From the NCBI GenBank assembly GCA_963711405.1, contig CAVQDZ010000008.1, positions 34,387 through 98,386 on the forward strand: DNA of 64,000 nt, given 5' to 3'. The notes below the pieces were generated by a model, which saw nothing but the letters and a program-made list of their open reading frames with translations, had not been told where the DNA came from and did not search any database. Shown here piece by piece: positions 9,110 through 20,415 of the stretch (positions are counted from its first letter, which is position 1; every line of letters starts with the position of its first letter). A program made the position numbers and the translations under genes. Origin of the DNA: an uncultured Chloroflexia bacterium. Lineage in GTDB: Bacteria; Chloroflexota; Limnocylindria; Limnocylindrales; CSP1-4.

Positions 9110-9844
9110 TCAGGGCTCCGGCCGGATTCCATCGGCGGTCTGATGTGGATTTGACAGAAACCAGACCCCGCGAAGAGGTCCAGCCGGTTTACGAAGCCAT
9201 CGCCTGACCTCTCTGCTGCGCGACGGATACGACGCGTCGATGGTGGCTCTGTGGGTGGCGACCACTCGGCGGACAGTGGCGTCGTCTGGGAACACAAGAG
9301 CGCTGCCCACGTGCGATGGCGAGAACTCGAAGTTGTCCTTGCAGATTTTGCGAGCGAGGCGCGCCTTGACATCCTGAACCCGGAGGGTCTCCTCGATCGA
9401 GCCCCACTCGCTCTTTGCCTCGCCAACAAAGACCGCGCTCAGATCTTCGCGGACCCCGAAGACGTCGACCGATCCTCGCTCGCCGAACTCGGAGAACGAC
9501 ACCTCAGTGCGGACCTCCCAGTCCATCTCACGTAAGGCGCGGACCAACGTCTCCACGACCGCTGCATGTCGGGCGTCGATCAACCGATCGAGCGCGGCGC
9601 CGTTCCACCAGGTGGTCAGTCGGACGGTCGCCCCAAGAGCCGCGAAATGACCGCGGATCTCGTCAAGCTGAAGGGCTCCAGCTTTGCCACTCTCGAGCGC
9701 GTGCGTCAGGTGAACGGAGCGCCCGCGTGCGACGAGATCCTCCTGTCGCAGACCCAGCTCGCGGCGCAATGCCCGCGACGCCTGGGCGAGTCGCTCGTCC
9801 TCTGCTCCCACCGCGAGAGCGTGACGTGATCGGCTTATCGGCAT
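9110..9844 (-). CDS. HTH (XRE-like) protein with a C-terminal PD-(D/E)xK-like nuclease fold
   Basis: This is the C-terminal 244 codons of the chimeric track ORF 9110..10768, starting at the ATG at 9844-9842 (MPISRSRHALAVG...). HTH-like segment: LRRELGLRQEDLVARGRSVHLTHALESGKAG. Nuclease-like motif: GERGSVDVFG ... AVFVGEAKSE (D...E-x-K). Confidence 0.55.
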   Translation of the reverse strand: MPISRSRHALAVGAEDERLAQASRALRRELGLRQEDLVARGRSVHLTHALESGKAGALQLDEIRGHFAALGATVRLTTWWNGAALDRLIDARHAAVVETLVRALREMDWEVRTEVSFSEFGERGSVDVFGVREDLSAVFVGEAKSEWGSIEETLRVQDVKARLARKICKDNFEFSPSHVGSALVFPDDATVRRVVATHRATIDASYPSRSREVRRWLRKPAGPLRGVWFLSNPHQTADGIRPEP

Positions 9845-9849
9845 CGGGC

Positions 9850-10768
9850 TTATCGGGCGAGCTCCACGGCGATGGAGGCGGCGACGCGGGCGTTGTTTTC
9901 GATCAGCGCGAGGTTGGCTGTGACGGAGCGACCACCGGTTAGCTCGGCGACGCGGGCCAGGACGAAGGGTGTGGCGGCGGGTCCGTGGACCGAAGCGGCT
10001 TCGGAGTCGGCCACGGCCTGGGCGATCGCAGTCTCCGCCTCTTCCCGCGAGAGCGCGGCCTCGGCGGGCAGCGGCACGCACACGAGCAGACCGGAGGCGA
10101 GGCCGAGGTTCCAGTGCGTGGCCGCGACCCGCGCGGCGTCCGCACGCGTCCGCAACGGACCCGGCCAGGACGCGGCCCGAATCACGCGCGTAGAAGCCGG
10201 CCAGCGCAGTCGTCTGCCAGCCCAGCACGGGCACGCCGCGCGTCTCGAGATACTCGAGCGTCAAGTCGATATCCAGCACTGACTTCGGTCCCGCGCACAC
10301 CACCAGCACCGGCGTCTGGGCCAGCTCGTCGAGGTCCGCGGAGATGTCCATCGAGGAAGCGCCGCCGCGATGGACGCCGCCGATCCCGCCCGTGGCGAAC
10401 ACTCTTACGCCCGCCAGCGCGGCCGCGATCATCGTCGCCGACACGGTCGTGCCCGCCCAGCCGCCGCCGGCCAACGCCAGTGCCAGGGTCGCCCGCGAGG
10501 CCTTGAGCGGCGCTGGGGCCAGGGCTATCTCGTCCAGCTCAGCATCGGACAAGCCCACCACCAGCCGACCCTCGCGCACAGCCACGGTCGCGGGCTCGGC
10601 GCCACCCAAACGAACCGCGGCCTCAGCGCGGCGGGCCGCCTGCACGCCCATCGGGTGCGCGAAACCGTGAGTGATCAGCGTCGATTCCAGTGCGACGACG
10701 GGGCGGCCCGCCGCCAACGCGGCCGCGACACGCGGCGCGACGGACAACACCAACGACAGCTCGTTCAC
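9850..10768 (-). pseudogene. psuG: pseudouridine-5'-phosphate glycosidase, one frameshift
   Basis: The N-terminal 190 aa of ORF 9110..10768 (VVALESTLITHGFAHP...VFATGGIGGVHRG...VLVVCAGPKSVLD...LETRGVPVLGW) plus the C-terminus in ORF 9850..10185 (THWNLGLASGLLVCVPLPAE...GGRSVTANLALIENNARVAA). The frame switches at about 10170-10195. The span of 919 nt is not a multiple of 3. Confidence 0.8.
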
Positions 10769-11691
10769 AGCGCCAGCTCCGGCCGTGGCGAAGTCAAGAG
10801 CCGCGCCGCTGAACGGTGGCCAGCCAGTGCGGCACGCCGGAGCAGCGCCGCGGACGGCGCCGCGAAATCAAAGTCGGTCACGAGCAATTGATAGAGGAAC
10901 CCGGCGTCGAACGCATCACCCGCGCCGGTCGTGTCCACGCCGGTGAGTGGCTTGGTGGCCACCTCCACCTGGAGCACTGGACGAGAAGCAGCGCTGCGCC
11001 ACAGCACGCGACACCCGCCCGGGCCCAACTTGACGACGACCACCGGCGCGATGTCGAGCAGTCGCGCCGCGCCTCTGCGGCCGACCAACGCACTGACCTC
11101 ATCAAGGTTCGCGAAGAGCACGTCGGGCGCAGCGGCGCGCACCGCACGCAGGCCGTTGTCCGCTCCCGCGGCCAACAACGGTGCGCGCGAAGCCAGGTCG
11201 ACGGACACGAACGCGCCACTCGCGCGGGCCAGGCCCACGGCGCGCATCGAGGCTTCGGACAGCGGCGGGCGCAGCAACGAATAGGCCGGCAGGTGCAGCG
11301 CGCCCGCGCGCGCGAACCACGACGGCCTGAGCGCCGACGGAGCAAGCGAATCAGCCACACCACGATCGGTCACGAACGAGCGCTCTCCGGATGAGCGCAA
11401 TCAGCGCCGCCAGGCGAGGCGAACTGCCACGCGCCTTCACCGCGTGGACGTCAACGCCACCAGCCTTATGAGCCGCCACGAGTCGCTTGCCAAGACCGTC
11501 GTCGCCGGCCGCACACACCAGCGCAGCCCTGCCGCCCAAAGCAACGAACGCCCGACACGTGTTGCCGGCCGACCCGCCCAGGCGAAAGCGCACCGTTCCG
11601 GGTGTATCGGTGCCCGTTTCGACGTCCGCGCAGCGCGCACGACAACGTCGAGCATCAGGTCGCCGATGCATACCAGTCGCGGCTTCTTCAT
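10765..11691 (-). pseudogene. psuK: PfkB-family carbohydrate kinase (probable pseudouridine kinase), two opposite-sign frameshifts
   Basis: The gene reads MKKPRLVCIGDLMLDVVV (ORF 11437..11691), then GTVRFRLGGSAGNTCRAFVALGGRAALVCAAGDDGLGKRL in the frame of ORF 11351..11671, then ORF 10765..11400 (DTTGAGDAFDAGFLY). The first and last frames are identical and the span is 927 nt (309 codons), so the two breaks (~11650 and ~11395) cancel. The stop overlaps the psuG start by 4 nt. The symbol is assigned from this context. Confidence 0.65.
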
Positions 11692-11712
11692 TCGCGGATT
11701 AGCCTAGGGCCC

Positions 11713-13592
11713 GTGAGCACCCAGAGCGACGTCCGAACAGCCCAGGTCGACCACGACGCGATGCGCGAGCTGGCGCAGCAGTTCCGGGTCGACTCGATCC
11801 GTGTCGCCGCCAACGCCAACTCCGGCCACCCCACCTCGAGCATGTCCGCGGCGGAGCTGATGTCCGTGCTCGTGAGCAAGTACTTCCGCTACCGCGTCGA
11901 CGAGCCCAAGTCGGACAACAACGACCACCTGATCTTCTCCAAGGGCCACGCCTCGCCGCTGTACTACTCGATCCTGCTCGCGATCGGTGCGATCGACGAG
12001 AAGGAGATGGAGACCTACCGGCTCAAGGGCAGCAGGCTCGAGGGCCATCCAACACCCGTCCTCCCGTATGTCGACGTGGCTACCGGGTCGCTCGGACAGG
12101 GGCTGCCCGTCGGCGTCGGTGTCGCGCTCGCCGCCAAGCGCCTGGATCGCCTCGACTACCGGACCTGGATCCTGTGCGGCGACAGCGAGATGGCCGAGGG
12201 CTCGATCTGGGAGGCGCTCGCGCAGGCGAGCTTCGAGAACCTGGACAACCTGACCGCGATCGTCGACGTCAACCGCCTGGGCCAGACCGGACCGACGCGC
12301 TACGAGTGGGACCTCGACGTCTACGCAGATCGGATCCGCGCGTTCGGCTGGCACGCGATCGAGATCGACGGCCACGACGTTGACGCTGTCGACAAGGCCT
12401 ACGCCGAGGCGATCGCGACCAAGGGCAAGCCAACGGCGATCGTGGCTCGCACCGTCAAGGGCAAGGGCGTCGCGTGGGAAGAGAACAAGAACGGCTTCCA
12501 CGGCAAGCCCGTCGACGATTCGCCGGACGCCATCCGCGAGCTGGGCGGTCAGACGGCGATTCGCATCAACCCGCCCGCCCCGGACGAGAGCGCCAAGGCC
12601 CACTCGTTCCCGACCGCGCAGCTGAAGCTGCCGACTTACGAGCTGGGCACAAAGGTCGCCACGCGCAAGGCATACGGCGACGCGTTGGCGGCGCTTGGGG
12701 CAGCCGACGGCAAGGTCGTCGCGCTCGATGGCGAGGTGGGCAACTCGACCTACACGGAGACCTTCGCCAACAAGTTCCCCGAGCGCTTCTTCCAGATGTA
12801 CATCGCCGAGCAGCAGATGATCGGGCGCCGCGGTGGGCATGCAGGTCCGTGGCTGGAAGCCGTTCAGCGCCACGTTTGCCGCGTTCCTGAGCCGCGGCTA
12901 CGACTTCATCCGCATGGCCGCGGTCAGCCAGGCGAATCTGTACATATGCGGCTCGCACGCCGGCGTATCGATCGGCGAGGACGGTCCGTCGCAGATGGGC
13001 CTCGAGGACATCGCCGAGATGCGCGCGGTGTACGGGTCGACGGTCCTATATCCGTGCGACGCAAACCAGACCGCTCGATTGATGGCGCTGATGGCCAACA
13101 ACACGGGCATCAACTACATCCGCACGACGCGCCAGGCGATGGCGGTGATCTACGGCGCCGATGAGGAGTTCGAGATCGGCGGCAGTCGGGTGCTCAAGTC
13201 GAGCGCCGACGACGACGTGACGATCGTCGCCGCAGGCATCACCCTGGGCGAGGCGACTGACCGCGGCCGACGCCCTGGCCGCTGACGGGATCACGGCGCG
13301 CGTCATCGACCTGTACTCGGTCAAGCCACTCGACAGCGCGACGCTGATCGAGGCCGCGCGGGCCACAGGCCGCATGCTGACCGTGGAGGATCACTGGCCG
13401 GAGGGCGGCCTGGGCGAGGCGGTCTTCACGACTCTGGCTGAGGCGGGTGTGACCGTCAGCGGCAAGCTGCTCGCCGTGCGCGTCATGGCCGGCAGTGCCA
13501 CTCCTGAAGAGCAATTGCAAATCGCCGAGATCGACTCGAAGGCGATCGTCAAGGCAGCCCGCGAGCTGGTCGGCAAGGAAGCGAAGAAATGA
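11713..13592 (+). pseudogene. tkt: transketolase (single-chain), two +1 frameshifts
   Basis: GTG start at 11713 (VSTQSDVRTAQVDHDAMRELAQQFRVDSIRVAANANSGHPTSS...). ThDP motif: GDSEMAEGSIWEA...VDVNRLGQ. Fragments: the frame of ORF 11602..13164 up to ~12825, then ORF 12833..13285, then the frame of ORF 13374..13592. Removing one G from GGG at 12823-12825 restores AEQQMIGAAVGMQVRGWKPF. Removing the A at 13256 restores GEALTAADALAADGITARVIDLYSVKPLD. Confidence 0.85.
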
Positions 13593-15352
13593 CAGAGATG
13601 GCCGCCCCGGCACGGGGCACGCGCGTACCAGCGGACCTGCAGGCACAGATCGATGAGGCACTCAAGCGCGCGGTCGACGAGAACTGGGCCGAGCGCATCT
13701 GGGCGCGCGACACGAGCGTTTGGACGAGCGACGAGAAGGTCGCGGCGCTGATCGCCAACCGGCTCGGCTGGCTCGACCTGCCGGCCACGTTTGCCGACGA
13801 CATCGTCGAGCTCGAGGCGTTCGCCGGCGCGATCCGCGACGAGGGCCTGATCCGCGCCGTGGTCACCGGCATGGGCGGCTCGTCACTGGCCCCGGCCGTG
13901 CTCGCGGCTTCAGTCACTCCCACGGGTCCGGGCATCACCGTCGACGTGCTCGATTCCACGGATCCCGATGCGATCAGCGCGGCCACGGACGCCTCCGACC
14001 CGGCCGGCACGCTGTACGTCATCTCGTCCAAGTCCGGCACGACGACTGAGCCGCTCGCCTTCCTCGCCCACTTCTGGAACATCGAGGAAGAGGGCCACAA
14101 GCACATCTCGCACGGCAAGCCCGGGCTGCACTTTGCCGCGGTCAGCGACCCGGCGCCGTCCATCAGCCACATCCCGCACGCCAACGAGTTCCGCGAGCTG
14201 TTCCTCAACCCGGAGGACGTGGGTGGGCGGTACAGCGCGCTGACGTACGTGGGTCTCGTGCCAGGCTCGCTGATGGGCATCGATCTACGCGCGCTCCTCG
14301 GCGATGCACTCGAGACGGCGCAACGCTGCCAGGTCAACACCGACAACAATCCCGGGCTGTGGCTGGGCGTGACGCTCGGCGCGCTGGCCAAGGCCGGACG
14401 CGACAAGCTGACGCTGGTCATCGAGCCGCGTCACGCGACGCTGGGAATGTGGATCGAGCAGCTCGTCGCAGAGAGCACCGGCAAACACGGCGTGGGCATC
14501 CTGCCGGTTGATGGCGAGACGCTCGGCGAACCCAGCGTGTACGGCGACGACCGCGTCTTCGTCCGTGTCGCGACCGGCGCCGACCCTGCCTGGCAGCAGG
14601 GCGTGGACGCCCAGCTCGAGGCGCTGGCTGAGGCCGGTCACCCGGTGCTGTTCCTGTCCATGCTCGGCGGTGCGGGTGCGCTCGGCGGCGAATTCTTCCG
14701 CTGGGAGTTCGCCACGGCCGTGGCCGGCGCGGTGCTGGGCATCAACCCGTTCGACGAGCCCAACGTGACCGAGTCGAAGGACAACACCAAGCGCGTCCTG
14801 GAGCAGTTCCGCCACGACCACAAGCTGCCCACTGACGAGCCGCTGACGAGCGAGGGGCGCCTGACGCTGACCGGCGACGCACCGCTGCGCCTGACCGGGG
14901 CGCCGGCGGACCTGGCCACGGAGCTGCGCCGCCATCTGGCGCGCGCCAAGCACAACGGCTACTTCGCGCTCCAGGCGTACATCGCGCCAACGGAGGCGCG
15001 CGCTCACGCACTGCGCGAGATCGCGACGATGCTGCGCGACCGCACCGGCCGTGCCGTGACCGTGGGCTTCGGCCCGCGCTTCCTGCACTCGACCGGCCAG
15101 CTGCACAAGGGCGGCCCCGCGACGGGCTGCTTCCTGCAGCTCACCGCCGGTCATCCCAACGACGTGGAGATTCCCGGCTGGCACGAGACGTTCGGGACGC
15201 TCATCGACGCCCAGGCCGTCGGCGATTTCATCTCGCTCGAGGCGCACGAGCTGCCCGTCGCGCGGGTCAATCTGTCAGACGATCCTGACGCCGGCCTGGC
15301 CGAGCTCTTCGCCGCGCTCAATCAGGCGCTCAGCGATCCCCTTCCCCGCTAG
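13589..15352 (+). CDS. pgi: glucose-6-phosphate isomerase (long SIS-type, like the PGI half of Tal-Pgi fusions)
   Basis: 587 aa. PGI signature: EDVGGRYSALTYVGL. SIS motif: VVTGMGGSSLAP. The ATG overlaps the tkt stop (ATGA at 13589-13592). No transaldolase domain is present. Confidence 0.8.
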   Translation: MTEMAAPARGTRVPADLQAQIDEALKRAVDENWAERIWARDTSVWTSDEKVAALIANRLGWLDLPATFADDIVELEAFAGAIRDEGLIRAVVTGMGGSSLAPAVLAASVTPTGPGITVDVLDSTDPDAISAATDASDPAGTLYVISSKSGTTTEPLAFLAHFWNIEEEGHKHISHGKPGLHFAAVSDPAPSISHIPHANEFRELFLNPEDVGGRYSALTYVGLVPGSLMGIDLRALLGDALETAQRCQVNTDNNPGLWLGVTLGALAKAGRDKLTLVIEPRHATLGMWIEQLVAESTGKHGVGILPVDGETLGEPSVYGDDRVFVRVATGADPAWQQGVDAQLEALAEAGHPVLFLSMLGGAGALGGEFFRWEFATAVAGAVLGINPFDEPNVTESKDNTKRVLEQFRHDHKLPTDEPLTSEGRLTLTGDAPLRLTGAPADLATELRRHLARAKHNGYFALQAYIAPTEARAHALREIATMLRDRTGRAVTVGFGPRFLHSTGQLHKGGPATGCFLQLTAGHPNDVEIPGWHETFGTLIDAQAVGDFISLEAHELPVARVNLSDDPDAGLAELFAALNQALSDPLPR

Positions 15353-15364
15353 AGGAGACAGCAC

Positions 15365-16269
15365 GTGGAGCTCGCGATCGTCGGCCTCGGCCGAATGGGC
15401 GGGAACATGGCCCGGCGGTTGCACCAGGCGGGTCATCGGGTGGTCGCGTTCAATCGGTCGCCCGACAAAACGCGCGAGATCATGGGCGAGGGCCTGGAAG
15501 GCGGGCTGACGCCTGAGGAAGTCGTGGGCATGCTCAGCGCCCCGCGCATCGTGTGGCTGATGGTCCCCGCCGGCGATGCGACTGAAGAGACGATGAACGA
15601 GTTCGCCGCGCTGCTCCAGGCCGGCGACACGATCGTCGACGGCGGCAACTCCAACTTCAAGGACTCCAAGCGCCGCCACGAGCTGATGAAGGCCAAGGAC
15701 ATCAACTTCGTCGACGCCGGCATCAGCGGCGGCATCTGGGGCCTGGTCAACGGCTACGGCACGATGGTCGGCGGCGACCCGGAGGCCGTCGACCCCGCTC
15801 GAGCCAATCTTCAAGTCGCTCGCGCCACCGGACGGTGGCTACGTCTACTGCGGGCCCTCGGGCGCCGGCCACTACACCAAGATGGTCCACAACGGCATCG
15901 AGTACGGGCTGATGCAGGCGTACGCCGAGGGCTTCGAGATCATGCACGCGTCGGAGTACACCGCTCGATCTGGAGGCTATCGCCAAGGCGTGGATGCACG
16001 GCACGGTCATCCGCTCGTGGCTGCTCGAGCTGGCCGGTCGCGCGTTCGAGCAGAACGGCAGCGACCTTGCCGACATCAAGGGTTGGGTCGCCGATAGTGG
16101 CGAAGGGCGCTGGACGGTCCAGGATGCGATCGACCACGACGTGCCCGCCCCGATCATCACTCTGTCGCTCATGGCGCGCTTCTCCAGCCGCCAGGACGAG
16201 AGCTACTCGGCCAAGGTGACGGCCGCGCTGCGCAACCAGTTCGGCGGCCACGCGGTCAAGACGGAGTAG
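15365..16269 (+). pseudogene. gnd: 6-phosphogluconate dehydrogenase (decarboxylating, short ~300-aa type), two +1 frameshifts
   Basis: GTG start. The gene reads IVGLGRMGGNMARRL...VDGGNSNFKDS (ORF 15365..16219), then [23 protein letters not shown] (ORF 15882..16097), then [14 protein letters not shown]...GEGRWTV (ORF 15994..16269). Removing one C from CCCC at 15793-15796 restores [23 protein letters not shown]. The second break is at about 15961-15964. Confidence 0.8.
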
Positions 16270-16278
16270 CTCGCGCGC

Positions 16279-17412
16279 TTAACTGGGCGGCGCAAGCTGC
16301 CAGTACAGCCGCAGCAGATCGGCGGACGTAACGTCGAGGTCCAGGCGCGCCGCGACGTCGCGCGCGGCCGACCGACATGCGCCTCGCGCGATCAGGGTCG
16401 TCGAGCACCTGGGCCAGCGCGTCGGCGAAGGCCACCTCATCGCCAACAGGCACCGCCAGCGCGGCCTCGCCCAGGTCGGGCACGATCCCGACCCGGGTAC
16501 CGACGACGGGCAGCCCGCTGGCGACGGCCTCCACGGCAACGACGGATTGGCTTTCGTAGCGCGACGGGATCGCCAGCACCGTCGCCGAGCGGTACATCTC
16601 TGCCAGCGCCGGGCGCAGCAGCTGCCCATGGAGGACGACGCGGTCGGCCAAGCCCAAGCTCTGCGGCCGCGCTCTCGATCTGGGCGCGCTGACTGCCGTC
16701 GCCGACGATAGTCGAGGACGACTGCCGGCCGCGTCGCCGCAAGTCGGGCGAAGGCGCGCAGCAGGAGCAGCGGATCCTTGACCGGGATCAGGTTGCCCAC
16801 GTACAGGACGCGCGGTTGCTCGGGCGGCGCTTCGTCACCGTCGCGCGGATGGAAGACACGACGGTCCACGCCGAGCGGCAACACGCGCGTCGTCCTGGTG
16901 CGGCCATGAGCGTGGACCAGATCCAGCGCTGGACTCGACTCGGCGGTCACCTCGTCGGCCAGGCGCAACGAGACGCTCACCGTGACCCGTCCGCCACGGC
17001 CCAGGGCGGCGCCGTAGCCGATGTCGCGCAGCGCGACGAGCTCGCCGCCCATGACCGACACGACGCTCGGCTTGCGCAACAGGCGCGCCGCGACCGTCGC
17101 CACAGCACCGGCCTCGTCCGCCCACAGGCCGTGGACAAGGTCGATCGGCCGCTGCCGGTCACGGCGCAGGACTGCGGCGACGCCACTGCCCAGGACCCGG
17201 GCACGGCCCACGGGACCGCCTCGTTGGCCGTGACCCAGGGTGATCACTCGCGCGCCCGCGAGCTCGAATGGCGGCTGACGCGGAGGCTGACGCAGGCTGA
17301 TGACCGTGACCCGGTGGACGGCCGCGATGCGCTCGATCGTGTCCACCACGGCCGGCAGATGGATATCGTCGCGCGATGCGTGATATGCCGGGATCACGTA
17401 ACAGATATGCAT
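16279..17412 (-). pseudogene. GT4-family (GT-B) glycosyltransferase, about three frameshifts
   Basis: Start MHICYVIPAYH at 17412. The track ORF 16279..17535 has a 41-aa spurious extension. The N-terminal domain is in that frame down to ~16725. IVGDGSQRAQIESAAAELGL is in ORF 16437..16742. ADRVVLHGQLLRPALAEMYRSATVLAIPSRYESQSVVAVEAVASGLPVVGT is in ORF 16256..16657. The tail RDVAARLDLDVTSADLLRLY returns to the first frame. Confidence 0.7.
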
Positions 17413-17514
17413 CGCATCTATGATGGCGGTCCAGTGACGCTGCACACCGGTCGCACCAAGCCCAAGACTGCCCCGGGCACGACCAAGGCACAGACAGCGA
17501 ACGAGGCCGGCCAC

Positions 17515-19083
17515 ATGCATCGTGCCGGCGTCCACGCCAACGAGAATCCGCTGCGCGCAGGGCTGGCGCTCGAGAGAGTGCCCGAGCCGTGCCTGATCGT
17601 CATCTTCGGCGCCACCGGTGACCTGACCAGCCGCAAGATCCTGCCCGCCGTCTACAACCTGCGCCGGGCCGGGCTGCTGCCCGCGGAGACGAGCGTGGTC
17701 GGCTTCTCGCGCCGGCCGCTGACAGACGTCGAGTTCCGCACGGAGATGCGCACTTCGGTCGAGGCGAACTCACGCGTCAAGGTCGAGACCGGCCTGTGGA
17801 ACGACTTCGCTGAGGGCATCTTCTACCAGGCCGGGCAGTTCGCCGATCGGGCCGCGTACCGTGAGCTTGCCGAGCGCCTCGAGCAGATCGACGCCGCCCG
17901 CGGCACGCACGGCAATAAGCTCTTCTACCTCGCCACTCCCCCGTCCGCCTACGAGGAGATCATCGCCAACCTGGGCCACGCCGGGCTCCAGAAGGAGGGC
18001 GGCCACGGCCAGGGCTGGTCGCGCATCGTGGTTGAGAAGCCGTTCGGCCACGACCTCGATTCCGCCGTCGACCTGAACAACTCGCTGATCAAGGTCTTCG
18101 ATGAGTCGCAGGTCTATCGCATCGACCACTACCTGGGCAAGGAGACCGTCCGCAACCTGATGGTCTTCCGCTTTGGCAACGGCATCTTCGAGCCGCTGTG
18201 GAATCGCCGCTACGTGGATCACGTGCAGATCACGGTGGCAGAGGACCTGGGCGTCGAGGGCCGCGGCGAGTTCTACGAGCAGGCCGGCGCAAGCCGCGAC
18301 ATCCTCCAGAACCACCTGCTCCAGCTGCTGTCGCTGGTCGCGATGGAGCCGCCCATCGCCTTCGAGGCGGACGCTCTGCGCGACGAGAAAGTGCGCGTGC
18401 TGCGCGCGGTTGACACGCGCTGGACGGACGCTCGGGTGCGCGCCAATGTCGTCCGCGCGCAGTACACGGAGGGTTGGGTCGGAGACAAGCACGTCGTCGG
18501 CTATCGCAAGGAAGACGAGGTCGCGCCCGAGTCCAAGACAGAGTCCTTCGTCGCCCTGAAGCTGGAGGTCCAGAACTGGCGCTGGGCCGACGTTCCCTTC
18601 TACCTGCGCACCGGCAAGCGCATGGCGCGCCGAGCGTCAGAGATCGCGATCCAGTTCAAGCTGCCGCCGCTGATGCTGTTTGGGGAGTCGGCCACGCCAC
18701 CTGAGCCAAATCTGCTCGCGCTGCGCATCCAGCCCGACGAGGGCATCATGCTCCGCTTCGCGGCCAAGGTGCCCGAGCTTGGGCTCGACGTGCGCAGCGT
18801 GAACATGGACTTCACCTACGGCCTGTCCTTCGCGCGCGACGCACCAGAGGCGTACGAGACGCTGCTGCTCGACGCGATGCTGGGCGACGCGTCGTTGTTC
18901 ACACGCGCCGACGAGGTCGAGGCGGCATGGAGCATCGTCACGCCGATCATCGACGTGTGGCACGAGTGGGACAAGGATGGCGGTCCGGACAGCGACATCT
19001 GCTTCTACGAGGCAGGCTCGTGGGGTCCAGAGAACGCCGACCAGCTGATCGAGCACGACGGCCGGCGCTGGCGGCGGATGTAG
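17515..19083 (+). CDS. zwf: glucose-6-phosphate 1-dehydrogenase
   Basis: In-frame ATG at 17515 within track ORF 16816..19083; the upstream 233 codons are antisense to the glycosyltransferase gene. Motifs: IFGATGDLTSRKILPA and YRIDHYLGKE. Length 522 aa. Confidence 0.9.
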   Translation: MHRAGVHANENPLRAGLALERVPEPCLIVIFGATGDLTSRKILPAVYNLRRAGLLPAETSVVGFSRRPLTDVEFRTEMRTSVEANSRVKVETGLWNDFAEGIFYQAGQFADRAAYRELAERLEQIDAARGTHGNKLFYLATPPSAYEEIIANLGHAGLQKEGGHGQGWSRIVVEKPFGHDLDSAVDLNNSLIKVFDESQVYRIDHYLGKETVRNLMVFRFGNGIFEPLWNRRYVDHVQITVAEDLGVEGRGEFYEQAGASRDILQNHLLQLLSLVAMEPPIAFEADALRDEKVRVLRAVDTRWTDARVRANVVRAQYTEGWVGDKHVVGYRKEDEVAPESKTESFVALKLEVQNWRWADVPFYLRTGKRMARRASEIAIQFKLPPLMLFGESATPPEPNLLALRIQPDEGIMLRFAAKVPELGLDVRSVNMDFTYGLSFARDAPEAYETLLLDAMLGDASLFTRADEVEAAWSIVTPIIDVWHEWDKDGGPDSDICFYEAGSWGPENADQLIEHDGRRWRRM

Positions 19084-19091
19084 CGCGCCAA

Positions 19092-20415
19092 ATGGCCACC
19101 AACGGCAAGTCCTCGATCCCGCCACTGTCGACGCCGCCCAAGACGGTGTCGGTCACCGACCCCGACTACAGCGCGGCCACTACCACGCTGGAGATGGACC
19201 CGACCACGTCGCGCTGGCACGTCCGCGCAACATCCATCTCACAGTGCGTCGACAAGCTGACGGAGGTCTGGAACGAGGCCGCTGACGAAGCCTCTTCGGC
19301 CAAGCTCTCGCCCGAATCGCACGACGAGGCGCTGGCCGATCCGCGCCTCGCCAGCCATATGACGGCGCAGTCGTCGGTGCGCGTGCGCATGCGCACGAGC
19401 GTGCTGACACTGGTGGTCCTCGCGCCGCGTCCGGAGATCTCCGAACGGGCCCTGGCGGCCATCAACGCGCTCCATCAGCGCCACCCGTCGCGCGCGATCG
19501 TTGTGTCACCGGGCGACTTCGACGGTCCCGCGCACATGGACGCGCACATCTATGCCGAGTGCAAGCTCAACGACCGCTCGAACTCGGAGATGTGCACCGA
19601 GCAGATCCTGATCAAGACCGGCGGCGAGCTCTCCCAGCACCTGGCGCGCGTCGTCACGCCGCTGCTCATCCACGACCTGCCCGTCGTGCTGTGGTGGCCC
19701 GACGATCCGCCGTTCGGAACGCGCCAGTTCACGGAGGTCGTCGGAACGGCGGACCGCCTGCTCGTCGATTTCGGGCTCGTTCAACGAGGACGGCGGCAAG
19801 CGGCTGGCCGGATTGGCGACCGTCGTCGCGACCGGCGTGTCCGTCACTGACATCGGCTGGCTGCGGCTGAACCTGTGGCGCGAGCTGCTGGCGGGCATGT
19901 TCGACCATCCCTTGCTCGTCCAGGAGCTGGACCACATCAAGAGCGTGCGCATCGACGTGGCCAAGCCAACTTCCACGCTGCGCGTCTCCAAGGCCGCGTT
20001 CTACCTGGGCTGGCTCGCCTCACGCCTGGGCTGGGAGGTGGCGCGGCCGCTGGTGCGCGACACCGGCGATGACGAGTACCTGCACGGTGCCTTCCGGCGC
20101 GGCAAGCGCGAGATCGAGGTCGAGCTGCGGCCGGTGCGCACGACCCTTGACGGCGCGCAGCGCGCCGCGGGATCGCTCGTGCGCGTGGATATTGAGGCGC
20201 AGCGCCCGCGCGCCACGGTCCGCGCCCGGATCACTCGGCAGCAGGACCACCTCCTGGCTACCGCGGACTGGAACGGCGCCCAGGTTTCGCGCCGCGCGGG
20301 CCGCCTCGAACCGTTCGACGAGACGCCCTTCATTGCCGAGGCGCTCGACTCGCCCGGCCTCGACCGCATCTTCGAGGCGTCCCTCATCCGCGCCGTGCGC
20401 CTCGTCAGTGGCTGA
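19092..20415 (+). pseudogene. opcA: glucose-6-phosphate dehydrogenase assembly protein OpcA, one +1 frameshift
   Basis: MATNGKS... at 19092 in the frame of ORF 18927..19850 (LIHDLPVVLWWPDDPPF), continued in ORF 19813..20415. Removing one T from TTT at 19769-19771 restores ADRLLVDSGSFNEDGGKRLAGLATVVATG. Confidence 0.8.

Noticed and set aside
9110-10768. 552-aa ORF as a single fusion protein
   Set aside because: The middle ~120 codons are Arg/Pro/Gly-rich out-of-frame psuG sequence. The true PsuG C-terminus is in ORF 9850..10185. The tail is an independent gene with its own ATG at 9844.
16816-17514. N-terminal 233-aa extension of zwf (755-aa ORF), and similar extensions of 7744..8940, 20069..21253, 23196..24422, 28958..29554, 30793..32463 and 52969..53991
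   Set aside because: The extensions are antisense to, or out of frame with, neighbouring genes and have a non-protein-like composition. Internal starts give canonical N-termini, signal peptides or stop-start overlaps.
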